Position numbers and translations under genes: made by a program. Under the pieces are notes generated by a model. It was not told the origin of the DNA, ran no database searches, and was given only the letters and a program-made list of their open reading frames with translations. Below are positions 9,119 to 17,840 of a stretch of DNA of 64,000 nt, in pieces (within the stretch, counting starts at the first letter, position 1; each line of letters starts with the position of its first letter). This DNA comes from an uncultured Cardiobacteriales bacterium (GTDB taxonomy: Bacteria; Pseudomonadota; Gammaproteobacteria; CAYWWW01), in the NCBI GenBank assembly GCA_964462205.1, contig CAYWWW010000002.1:71223-135222 (forward strand). The letters are read 5' to 3'.

Positions 9119-11089
9119 ATGCCTATTTCTACCCTTGAACTCTTAGCGCCAGCAAAAAATCTTGCCATTGGTAAAGCTGCTATTACCCACGGTGCCGATG
9201 CCGTTTATATCGGTGGACCGGCTTTCAGCGCACGTTATCAAGCTAATAATAGTATTGAAGAAATTGCTGAACTTGCCACCTTCGCACATCGTTATCACGC
9301 CAAAATTTTTGTTGCCTTGAATACCATTTTTCATGACGAGGAATTAGAAGCCGTTGCGCAGTTAATTGATCAGCTCTTTCAAGCGGAAGTGGATGCTTTA
9401 ATTATTCAAGATATGGCTATTTTGGAATTAAATCTGCCACCTATTGCACTTCATGCTTCTACCCAATGCGATATTCGCACCCCAGCCAAAGCCAAATTTT
9501 TAGCCGAAGTTGGCTTATCACAATTGGTATTGGCGCGGGAATTATCGCTGGTGGAAATTGCAGAAACGCAGCAAGTTATTGGTGATAAAGCGGTTTTAGA
9601 ATATTTTATTCACGGGGCATTATGTGTAGCCTTTTCGGGGCAATGTTATATGTCCCATGCCGAAACTGGGCGAAGCGCCAATCGTGGCGATTGTTCGCAA
9701 GCCTGTCGGCTACCTTATACCTTAAAAAATGCCGCTGGTGAGATTATTGCTTTTGATAAACATTTGTTATCTATGAAAGACAATGATCAAACCAATAATT
9801 TAGAAGCCTTGGTCAATGCTGGTATTCGTTCTTTTAAGATTGAAGGCCGTTACAAAGATATCAATTATGTCAAAAATAATACCGCGCATTATCGGCAGCA
9901 TCTGGATGCGATTTTAGCAGCGCGTTCTGACTTAAAACCGGCCAGCAGCGGACGTGTGGACTATGCTTTTGTTCCTGATCCGCAAAAAACTTTTCAACGC
10001 GGCAGCACCGATTATTTCGCGCATGGTCGTCAAGAAAATAGCATTGCGGCCTTTGATTCGCCGAAGTTTTTAGGCATTCCGGTGGCAGAAATTATCAGCT
10101 TAAAAAATAATTGTTTAGGCGTGCAGTTAAAGCCGGAAATTACCTTACGCAATGGCGATGGCGTGAGTTTTTTGTATCGTCGCGAAAGTAAAGGCTTTAC
10201 CATCAATGCTATTCGCGAAGCGCATCTGCCCAAGTGGGGGAAAATGATTTGGTTGACAGCCAATGATAACAGCATTTTCAATGCGTTGGATGCCAATGCC
10301 TTGGCCGGTCAAGTGCTCTATCGTAATCGTGATCATGCTTGGGAAGAAAGCCTGAAACAAGCCTCAGCGGAACGTCGTTTAGGGGTGCGTTTTTTATTGC
10401 AAGAAAATCAAAATGGCTTGATTTTGCAAGCAATAGATGAAGATAATAACATCGCAATACAAAAACTAGCGGTAACAAATAAAGCACGACAGCCAGAAAA
10501 ATTAGCGGAGCAATGGCAGGCGCAATTATCGCGTTTGGGGGACTCATTATTTTATTGGCAGGGCTTAGATTTATCTTTGAATTATCAATGGTTTGTGACA
10601 GTTTCGCAGATGAATCAACTGCGTCGCGATATTTTGACAGCTTTACTGGCAGAGCGCTTACGTCGTTATATCCGCCCGCAACGGCAGCCAGCGCTCGAAC
10701 CTGCGCCGGTCTATCCTTTGGAGCAGCTTTCCTATTTAGCTAATGTTTATAATAATTTAGCGCGAAAATTTTATGCGCGTCATGGGGTCAAAATAATGGA
10801 TCCGGCCTTTGAAGCACATCAAACCGATCAAGAAGTCAGCCTGATGATCACTAAACATTGCTTACGTTTTTCCTTTCAACTTTGTCCGAAACAAGCCAAA
10901 GGTATCACTGGTGTGCAAGGGCAAATTCGTGCTGAACCCCTTTTTTTAAGCAATGGCCAAGAGCATTACACCTTGACCTTTGATTGTCGTCCTTGTGAGA
11001 TGCATATTCGTGGAAAAATCAAGAAAAACATCATTAAGCAATTGCCGCCAGGGTCACAACCGATCAAGTTTTTTCCGCAGAAAAGCTAA
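9119..11089 (+). CDS. U32 family peptidase-like protein, long form (RlhA/YdcP-like putative rRNA hydroxylase)
   Basis: N-terminus MPISTLELLAPAKNLAIGKAAITHGADAVYIGG matches the U32 N-terminal domain; 657 aa from the ATG at 9119 is close to E. coli YdcP length as recalled; ORF-track start at 9071 lies inside the terminator hairpin so the start was moved to the first ATG. Confidence 0.7.
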   Translation: MPISTLELLAPAKNLAIGKAAITHGADAVYIGGPAFSARYQANNSIEEIAELATFAHRYHAKIFVALNTIFHDEELEAVAQLIDQLFQAEVDALIIQDMAILELNLPPIALHASTQCDIRTPAKAKFLAEVGLSQLVLARELSLVEIAETQQVIGDKAVLEYFIHGALCVAFSGQCYMSHAETGRSANRGDCSQACRLPYTLKNAAGEIIAFDKHLLSMKDNDQTNNLEALVNAGIRSFKIEGRYKDINYVKNNTAHYRQHLDAILAARSDLKPASSGRVDYAFVPDPQKTFQRGSTDYFAHGRQENSIAAFDSPKFLGIPVAEIISLKNNCLGVQLKPEITLRNGDGVSFLYRRESKGFTINAIREAHLPKWGKMIWLTANDNSIFNALDANALAGQVLYRNRDHAWEESLKQASAERRLGVRFLLQENQNGLILQAIDEDNNIAIQKLAVTNKARQPEKLAEQWQAQLSRLGDSLFYWQGLDLSLNYQWFVTVSQMNQLRRDILTALLAERLRRYIRPQRQPALEPAPVYPLEQLSYLANVYNNLARKFYARHGVKIMDPAFEAHQTDQEVSLMITKHCLRFSFQLCPKQAKGITGVQGQIRAEPLFLSNGQEHYTLTFDCRPCEMHIRGKIKKNIIKQLPPGSQPIKFFPQKS

Positions 11090-11119
11090 ACTAAAAGGGA
11101 AAAAACCCGCAGTTTTAGA

Positions 11120-11728
11120 TTAACAATGCTTCTGCACTGGCACGCGAAATTCCAAGTCAATCGTTGACCAAGATTTGCCACGGTGCCAGGCGATTTGACA
11201 AACTTCTTCAAATTTGCTCCAAGCCATGTTGCTGTTAAAATCAAGAATATCCAGCGTTCCTGTGCCAGTTAATATGCCGTTGTTTTCGCTGATTTCCATC
11301 ATAATATTTTTGGTAACACCATTCATGGTGACGGCTAACTCGGCTTTTTTATTATCAATATTAAGAATTTTTGCTTTAATTTCAGTAGGATTAGTGAAAT
11401 TCATAAAAAGGCTGGTGACAGTATTTAAGTTGCGAATCATGGCAAAATCGCTTGGCCACTCGCTGCCCAGGCCATTACTCATATCGGCAGAAGTATCGAG
11501 AGAGTTGGGATCAATGCTGATTTCCGCGCCAAGTAAATTGCCTTTTTCGGCGCTAAGTTGATAATTAGTAAAGGTATTTTTGGTCACAACATAAGATTTA
11601 TCCGGCGCACCATAAAAAGTAAAACCAAACCAAAAGCCTTCTTTTTGGCCTTGATATAAGCAGGTGCCTGCCAAGGTTTGGCCAGCCAATAAAAACAAAA
11701 TAGCTAAAGAGAAAATGATTTTTTTCAT
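11120..11728 (-). CDS. secreted YceI-like protein (putative)
   Basis: signal peptide MKKIIFSLAILFLLAGQTLA; segments ISIDPNSLDTS, VTMNGVTK and TLDILDFN resemble YceI-family motifs recalled from E. coli YceI. Confidence 0.5.
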   Translation of the reverse strand: MKKIIFSLAILFLLAGQTLAGTCLYQGQKEGFWFGFTFYGAPDKSYVVTKNTFTNYQLSAEKGNLLGAEISIDPNSLDTSADMSNGLGSEWPSDFAMIRNLNTVTSLFMNFTNPTEIKAKILNIDNKKAELAVTMNGVTKNIMMEISENNGILTGTGTLDILDFNSNMAWSKFEEVCQIAWHRGKSWSTIDLEFRVPVQKHC

Positions 11729-11980
11729 AAAGATATTCCTTTAAAAATAATTTTTGCCAAAAAAGAACGATTGCTAAATTGGCGAGCGCATCCTAAAAGG
11801 CCATAAAAACTTTTGTCAATTTTTTTGTAAAATTTTTTACAGTAATTTTTAAAAAGATACTGAAAAATATAAAATAAAGTATTTTTTTCGCAGCATTGGA
11901 ATGCAAAAATCCGCGCTCACTTATCTTAATAATGTAATGAAATGCTTCTTTATGAAGCAGCATTTTGTTGTTTAGGCAAT

Positions 11981-12026
11981 AAAAATGCCCCGCTCTTCTA
12001 TGAAAAGAACGGGGCATGATTTTTTA
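11981..12026 (-). terminator. intrinsic terminator downstream of grxD
   Basis: stem ATGCCCCG/CGGGGCAT flanked by an A-run and a T-run, so it can terminate in either direction. Confidence 0.6.
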
Positions 12027-12038
12027 ATGGCCGAGAGT

Positions 12039-12386
12039 TTAATGTTCTGCCGTGCCGCTATTGCCTTGGTGTTTTGCCACCGCTGCCTTGATCAAAGGTT
12101 GTAACTCACCTTTTTGCGCCATTTCGACGGTGATGTCACAGCCGCCGATGAGTTCGCCATTGACATAGATTTGCGGAAACGTTGGCCAGTCGGCATAACG
12201 TGGCAGATTTTCAAAAACTTCGCGGTCGGTCAAGACGTTGACATAGGCAAATTCTTCGCCACAACTGGCTAAGGCTTGCGCGGCGCGTGAGGAAAAGCCA
12301 CACATCGGCATTTGCGGCGTGCCTTTCATGTAAATGACGACGGGGTGGGAGGTGACTTGCTCACGAATACGTTCTAATACGTCCAT
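12039..12386 (-). CDS. grxD: monothiol glutaredoxin (Grx4 family)
   Basis: 115 aa; CGFS active-site motif (MPMCGFSS); start preceded by GAGGA. Confidence 0.9.
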   Translation of the reverse strand: MDVLERIREQVTSHPVVIYMKGTPQMPMCGFSSRAAQALASCGEEFAYVNVLTDREVFENLPRYADWPTFPQIYVNGELIGGCDITVEMAQKGELQPLIKAAVAKHQGNSGTAEH

Positions 12387-12442
12387 AACATCCTCAAAAG
12401 TAAAAAATAAAACGATTTAGTCAACTATTAACCGCTAGCTAT

Positions 12443-14233
12443 TCAAACAGAGTCTAGGTGCGTCTGCAACCAAAGTTCCAGTAAGGCATTATGCCAAAGT
12501 TTGCTGCCTTGCAATTTTGTGTAATGCGCTTGCGGCTTGGCCAGCAATTTAGCCAGGTAATCCGGGTTAAATAAGCCGCGTTCGCGGCAGGCGGTAGATA
12601 ATAAAATATCCCGCATAAAATCAAAAAACTCGCCTTCAACATATTTCAAGGCCGGCACCGGAAAATAGCCTTTGGGACGGTCAATCACGCTGCTTGGCAG
12701 ATATTTTCGGGCGATGTTTTTTAGTATTCCCTTGCCGCCTTCAGCCAGTTTTAGGTCTTCTGGCATGGCCGCTGCCCATTCCACCACGTTTTTATCCAAA
12801 AACGGCATCCGCGCCTCCAAACCATGCGCCATGGTCATATTGTCCACACGCTTGACCGGATCATCCACGATGAGCGTCGTGACATCTAAACGCAGCACTT
12901 GATCCAAAAAACTATCGGCATTTTCATCTAATAATCGCTCGCCAAGCCATTGATAAACAAAATTTTCACCCTGAAATTTTGGCAATAACATCGCAAGCAC
13001 TTCCAAAGGCTCACGGTCGCAATAAAACGGTGCAAAACAAGCAACAGGATGATTTTTCCAGGAATTTTGCGCCGCACAAGCCGCCATTTGTGGATACCAA
13101 AAATAACCGGCAAACACCTCATCGGCACCTTGGCCGCTTTGCACGACTTTGACCTGCTTGGCAACCGCTTCGGCCAAGAGATAAAAAGCCACGGCATCTT
13201 GACCAACCATGGGTTCGGCCATTGCTGCCACTGCTTCGGGCAAACGCGGCAAAACTTGGCGATTGTCCAGGAAAATTTTTTCATGCTGGGTTTTATATTG
13301 ATCAACCACTTGATCTGAATAAAAAAATTCATCACCAGCTTCTTCATTTTTACTTTCAAAACCGATGCTAAAAGTATGCACTGGCCGGGTTTGCGCCAGC
13401 ATGGCGGTGATTAAACTCGAATCGAGGCCACCGGACAGCAAAATGCCGACCGGCACATCAGCGGCGCTATCACGACGTAAAATAGCCAATTGTAAACGTT
13501 TTTCCAGTTCTGCCTGCCACTCGCCGGCGCTCATCGCAGCTTCGGGACGCTTAGCGGTGAGTTGCCAATAGCGTTTAACCGTCAATTGGCCATTTTTAAG
13601 CCAAGCGCAATGTGCTGGTGGTAACTTTTTGATCCCTTTGATAATCGTCTCTGGTGCTGGTACGACCCCATGCAGCATCAAGTGAAAGGGCAAGGCGGTG
13701 GTTGCTAAATCCTTGGCTATTTTTCCGCTGGCAAGCAGCGCTTGCGTATTAGAAGCAAAATAAAAATCGCTGCCGACTTGGCTGTAATACAAGGGTTTAA
13801 TGCCGAATAAATCCCGAGCTAAAAATAATTTTTCCTCGGCTAAGTTCCAGATAGCAAAAGCATACATTCCTAAAAAGCGCGACAAACAGTCCTCACCCCA
13901 AGCATGAAAGGCTTTGCTTATCACCTCGGTGTCGCCGCTGCTAAAAAATTGGTAGCCGAGTTTTTCCAATTCTTGCCGCAATTCCCGATAGTTATAAATG
14001 GTGCCATTAAAAACAATGGCCAATTGCAAGGCATTGTCCACCATCGGCTGATGTGCGCGACTCGATAAGTCAATGATGGATAAGCGGCGATGCGCCAAAG
14101 TTATCCTTTGGTGCTGAAATATCCCCTGGCCATCGGGACCCCGCTGCGCCAAGGCGTTGAGCATTCGTTGTAAACTGCGCAAGGTCTCGGTCTGGTTATG
14201 ATCGGCTGAAAAAATACCGGCGATGCCGCACAT
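12443..14233 (-). CDS. asparagine synthase (glutamine-hydrolysing) family amidotransferase
   Basis: N-terminal MCGIAGIF with Cys2 nucleophile; PP-loop ILLSGGLDSS; 596 aa. Confidence 0.75.
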   Translation of the reverse strand: MCGIAGIFSADHNQTETLRSLQRMLNALAQRGPDGQGIFQHQRITLAHRRLSIIDLSSRAHQPMVDNALQLAIVFNGTIYNYRELRQELEKLGYQFFSSGDTEVISKAFHAWGEDCLSRFLGMYAFAIWNLAEEKLFLARDLFGIKPLYYSQVGSDFYFASNTQALLASGKIAKDLATTALPFHLMLHGVVPAPETIIKGIKKLPPAHCAWLKNGQLTVKRYWQLTAKRPEAAMSAGEWQAELEKRLQLAILRRDSAADVPVGILLSGGLDSSLITAMLAQTRPVHTFSIGFESKNEEAGDEFFYSDQVVDQYKTQHEKIFLDNRQVLPRLPEAVAAMAEPMVGQDAVAFYLLAEAVAKQVKVVQSGQGADEVFAGYFWYPQMAACAAQNSWKNHPVACFAPFYCDREPLEVLAMLLPKFQGENFVYQWLGERLLDENADSFLDQVLRLDVTTLIVDDPVKRVDNMTMAHGLEARMPFLDKNVVEWAAAMPEDLKLAEGGKGILKNIARKYLPSSVIDRPKGYFPVPALKYVEGEFFDFMRDILLSTACRERGLFNPDYLAKLLAKPQAHYTKLQGSKLWHNALLELWLQTHLDSV

Positions 14234-14290
14234 AGTTGGCTCCTAGCTGCAAAAAAGGTGGAAAAGGCGAAAAAAATGACAAATTGCCGT

Positions 14291-14319
14291 GTCAGTAAAA
14301 AAGGCAAGCAGTGTATAAT
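14291..14319 (+). promoter_or_regulatory. putative extended -10 promoter for sodB
   Basis: TGTATAAT at about 14312..14319, roughly 60 nt upstream of the sodB start; weak -35. Confidence 0.35.
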
Positions 14320-14382
14320 CTCTGGACGGTGGCGCAAGCTGCCTGACTTTTGATAGCCATTTTCATTTTTGAGGAATAAACC

Positions 14383-14967
14383 ATGCAACATCAACTGCCT
14401 GAATTGCCTTATGCTAAAGAGGCTTTAGCGCCTTATATTTCTGCCGAAACCTTGGATTATCATCACGGCAAACACCATCAAGCCTATGTTAATAATCTTA
14501 ACAAATTGATTCCAGGCACTGAATTTGAAGCGCTGCCTTTGGAAGAAATCATTATGAAAGCGCCAGCCGGTGGCGTTTTTAACAACGCCGCGCAAGTGTG
14601 GAATCACACCTTTTATTGGCACTGTCTTGCGCCCAATGCCGGTGGCGAACCAACCGGTGCTATTGCCGAAGCTATCAATCAAGCCTTTGGTTCTTTTGAA
14701 GAATTTAAGGCAAAATTTTCTGCGGCAGCGGTGGCCAATTTTGGTTCTGGCTGGACCTGGTTAGTGAAAAATGCCGATGGCAGTTTAAGCATTTACGATA
14801 GCAAAAACGCTGGCACCCCAATGACCGAAGGCAAAAAAGCCTTGTTGACCGTGGATGTTTGGGAACATGCCTACTATGTGGATTATCGTAATGCTCGTCC
14901 ACAATATGTTGAAAATTTTTGGAATTTAGTGAATTGGCATTTTGTTAATCAACAATTTGCTGCTTAA
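14383..14967 (+). CDS. sodB: superoxide dismutase (Fe type)
   Basis: 194 aa; near-colinear with E. coli SodB as recalled (LPYAKEALAP..ISAET..YHHGKHHQAYV, DVWEHAYY); GAGGA ribosome-binding site. Confidence 0.9.
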   Translation: MQHQLPELPYAKEALAPYISAETLDYHHGKHHQAYVNNLNKLIPGTEFEALPLEEIIMKAPAGGVFNNAAQVWNHTFYWHCLAPNAGGEPTGAIAEAINQAFGSFEEFKAKFSAAAVANFGSGWTWLVKNADGSLSIYDSKNAGTPMTEGKKALLTVDVWEHAYYVDYRNARPQYVENFWNLVNWHFVNQQFAA

Positions 14968-14984
14968 AGCTTAAGATTAAGTTA

Positions 14985-15212
14985 ATGGATAGTTTAACCA
15001 TTCAGAAGCATATTGAAGCCGCACTCCCCGATGCCAAAGTCACCGTGCAAGGCGGCGAAGGTAAATTTGAAGCCGTGGTGATAAGCGCAAGTTTTGCCGG
15101 TAAAACCTTGATTCAACGGCAACGTTTGGTCAATGCTGCCGTGCGCGAGCATTTAGAAAGCGGCGCTTTACATGCTTTATCTATGCGCACCTTGCTGCCG
15201 GAAGAAGTGTAA
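14985..15212 (+). CDS. BolA family protein (IbaG/YrbA-like)
   Basis: 75 aa; C-terminal HALSMRTLLPEE matches the BolA signature. Confidence 0.7.
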   Translation: MDSLTIQKHIEAALPDAKVTVQGGEGKFEAVVISASFAGKTLIQRQRLVNAAVREHLESGALHALSMRTLLPEEV

Positions 15213-15252
15213 CAAAAGCCTTAACCAAACCCTTTTTTTATCAAATACAAAA

Positions 15253-15284
15253 GGCATCTGAACGGATTCAGATGCCTTTTTTTT
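15253..15284. terminator. bidirectional intrinsic terminator between bolA-like and the convergent peptidase gene
   Basis: perfect 10-bp inverted repeat GGCATCTGAA/TTCAGATGCC with CGGA loop, A-run upstream and T8 downstream. Confidence 0.8.
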
Positions 15285-15302
15285 CGGCTTTTTCAGCTAT
15301 GC

Positions 15303-16190
15303 TTAGGGTTTTTGTACTTGAAAACTTGCGATATTAGAAACTTGCTTATCACTTTTTACAACTTGAACCTGCCAGGGTGCGGGTGTAGTGCCAACATTGA
15401 TTTCATAAGCTAAGGTTTGTGCATCCAAAAATAAGGGAACGCGATCATTAAAATCCGCATAGCCCACCATCTTAAAATTTAACTTGTCCGTTTCAGCAAA
15501 ATTTTCGCCAAAAAGAATTAACCATTGCCGTTCACCAGAGGCTTTAGTAACTAGCGGATTTGGATAAATAAAAGAAATTTCTGGTGCCGGCTGACTTGCG
15601 CTTTCTACGACTTGGTTAAAACGACGTGGTAAATAATTGTTATCTCTGGCTAAAACCCGATGCGTAACGCCATCAATGCTTCCTGAGGTGGTGGATTCGT
15701 AGAGCATCATGCTGCCATCGCTATTGTAATAATGAAATAACCGCACATGACTCCCTGCTTTATTGACAATATCGCCAGCTTTTAAGTCCGACCAATTGAT
15801 TTGCTTAGAAATATTTGGCAGGCTGCGGGTGCTATATTTGCTTGAGGTTTCCCAGACCCGGCTGACAAAACCCGAGCAGTCAATACCGGCAAAATCGGTG
15901 CGAATATGCGTGGAATCATGCAAGGTTTTTTTGTCGTTGCCAGCGATACGGCCAGCATTAACTCGACTTAAAAATTCAGAAACGCTATTAAACCCACCCC
16001 AGTTATAGGCCATGCCGGTAACTTTTTGACCAATGCTGCGGTTATTCCAATAACTATTGGCATTACCGGATTTTACCGTCCATTGGACATTGGCAAAGGT
16101 TTCGGCGTTATCAATAATTTTTTGCCGATCAATGGCTGGTGCAGAAAGGGTGAAGCAAAAAATAATCAGAAAAAGTATAAAACGCATCAT
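15303..16190 (-). CDS. secreted papain-fold cysteine peptidase/amidase-like protein (NlpC/P60 or CHAP-like)
   Basis: start trimmed to ATGATG at 16190/16187 preceded by GGAG; signal peptide MMRFILFLIIFCFTLSAPA; catalytic-looking Cys in AGIDCSGFVSRVW and downstream His in AGSHVRLF. Confidence 0.55.
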   Translation of the reverse strand: MMRFILFLIIFCFTLSAPAIDRQKIIDNAETFANVQWTVKSGNANSYWNNRSIGQKVTGMAYNWGGFNSVSEFLSRVNAGRIAGNDKKTLHDSTHIRTDFAGIDCSGFVSRVWETSSKYSTRSLPNISKQINWSDLKAGDIVNKAGSHVRLFHYYNSDGSMMLYESTTSGSIDGVTHRVLARDNNYLPRRFNQVVESASQPAPEISFIYPNPLVTKASGERQWLILFGENFAETDKLNFKMVGYADFNDRVPLFLDAQTLAYEINVGTTPAPWQVQVVKSDKQVSNIASFQVQKP

Positions 16191-16242
16191 AAACTCCGAC
16201 ATGAAAGAAATAAAAGTTGAAGAAAAAACTTTAAGAAACAAA

Positions 16243-17709
16243 TCAACGCCATTGCAGCACTTCGGCACCGTTTGGCGTGGTGATCAATTGTTGCAATTGA
16301 CCATTTTTATCGCTTAATAATTTGCGATAACTGGTGGTGTGATAGTCATTCGGCAAGGCTTTTTCAGCGATAATTTTTTGCTTTTCCAAGTCTATTTCCA
16401 AGACTTTTAAGCCGACATAACCATCGGGATAGACATATTCTGCTTCCAATAACAAGTTACCAGCGGCAGTTTTGCCAATGGGACCGACAACGCCAAGGTC
16501 GCCAGCAGGGTTGAATGGTAACTGACCTTTGGGTTGACCTTCACTATCAAGTAACAACAAATTGACTTCTCTCGGATTTTTCCAAGAAGTGCGGATAAAA
16601 TCCTCACCAAAAGGATAGCCTGGCAATATCGGTTGTGGGTTGGTTAAAAGATTTTTACCTTTAGCAACCGCTTGACATTGTTGTAGTTTGCAAACATAGG
16701 TTTGACCATTTTCTTGATAAAAACCTTGGCGATAACCTTCGCTTTTGGGTAAGTCCTCTAAAGAAAAGCGTTGCTGATTCATCTGAATACCCGCAGCTTG
16801 CAAGGTAAGCAATTGATCACCAAGAGTAATCATATCTTCTACTTGCGTGTCAAAAGTTAAATTTTCCAACCAGTTGCCATTGCGATCATATTTTTTCACG
16901 GTTAAGCCATCGGCATCTAAAAGATAGCGATGGCCAGCGGCATCTACGGTAAAGGTTTGTGCGCCAACGGTTTCTAGTTCTTCACCCTGTTGTAACTCTA
17001 GGTTTTCTTTATCTTTTCCCCAAGGAACACTGAGTGCTGCGCTTAATTCTGGTAATTGATTTTGTAAGGCTTGCGGCAAACGTTGTTGCCAGTATTGACG
17101 ACGTTTTTCTAAATCAGTTTTTTCAGCAGAAAAGTTTTTTGCTTCAGTAGCTTGTGGTTCAGGACAGGGGCTTTCAGTGGAGAGGCAAATAGACAAATCA
17201 AGCAGCAAAGTTAAAAATTCTTGGCAGTTATCAGAAAAAATTGGGGTAATGATTTTTCCTTCGGCAAAAATAGCTTCGCCTTGATAGACTGGACAAGGGA
17301 GGTCTTTTTCATAATGTTTTGTTTTTATAAATTTTTCCATCAATAATTGACCTTTACCTTGCGGTTGACCAAAGGCAAAATCACCTTGATAGCGCATTTG
17401 AAAAGCATCGTCAGTGACCGTTAAATTGCCTTCACCATGCGCACGACCGATTTGAAATGTACCTTGAAAATGCCGGAAAGGTTCGGCCAATAGCGGGTCT
17501 TGTCGAGTGAGATCACCTTTGCCGCTGGCGAAACCGGCGCTGAATTGGCCGCGATAATGCCAAATGGCGAGAATACGCTCTTGATTTTGCAAAGTTAAAC
17601 GGTATTCTCCGATACCTTCTTGACAATCGCCAGAAAGGCATTGCGCAGCTAAGAGCGGTGAAAAAAATAAAGCGATCAGTGGCAAGGCTATGAATGATAA
17701 ATTAAACAT
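16243..17709 (-). CDS. secreted MORN-repeat protein, unknown function
   Basis: signal peptide MFNLSFIALPLIALFFSPLLAA; three MORN-like repeats (YRGQFSAGFASGKGDL, FQGTFQIGRAHGEGNL, YQGDFAFGQPQGKGQL) then about 330 aa without recognisable domain. Confidence 0.55.
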   Translation of the reverse strand: MFNLSFIALPLIALFFSPLLAAQCLSGDCQEGIGEYRLTLQNQERILAIWHYRGQFSAGFASGKGDLTRQDPLLAEPFRHFQGTFQIGRAHGEGNLTVTDDAFQMRYQGDFAFGQPQGKGQLLMEKFIKTKHYEKDLPCPVYQGEAIFAEGKIITPIFSDNCQEFLTLLLDLSICLSTESPCPEPQATEAKNFSAEKTDLEKRRQYWQQRLPQALQNQLPELSAALSVPWGKDKENLELQQGEELETVGAQTFTVDAAGHRYLLDADGLTVKKYDRNGNWLENLTFDTQVEDMITLGDQLLTLQAAGIQMNQQRFSLEDLPKSEGYRQGFYQENGQTYVCKLQQCQAVAKGKNLLTNPQPILPGYPFGEDFIRTSWKNPREVNLLLLDSEGQPKGQLPFNPAGDLGVVGPIGKTAAGNLLLEAEYVYPDGYVGLKVLEIDLEKQKIIAEKALPNDYHTTSYRKLLSDKNGQLQQLITTPNGAEVLQWR

Positions 17710-17840
17710 GGGTCTTGACCTCTCAGTTGAAAGCGCTGATTATAAAAATCTTTTTCTAAAAGTTACCGCCACTGGTCAGGCTTTTTCTACCGTCTGTCGT
17801 TCAAGCAACTTGTCAACACTTTTTATCTTTTGAGGCAGTT

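Noticed and set aside
11793-12017. 74-aa ORF in the AT-rich gap between the YceI-like gene and grxD
   Set aside because: Lies in AT-rich intergenic sequence, overlaps the grxD terminator, has no ribosome-binding site and a low-complexity translation.
14101-14394. 97-aa minus-strand ORF spanning the asnB-like N-terminus and the sodB promoter region
   Set aside because: Overlaps the well-supported asnB-family gene in another frame and runs through the sodB upstream region; no ribosome-binding site; judged spurious.
15253-15284. Considered whether the bolA terminator repeat GGCATCTGAA/TTCAGATGCC is a DNA-uptake-sequence-like element
   Set aside because: Only one occurrence seen in the window; an ordinary intrinsic terminator explains it.
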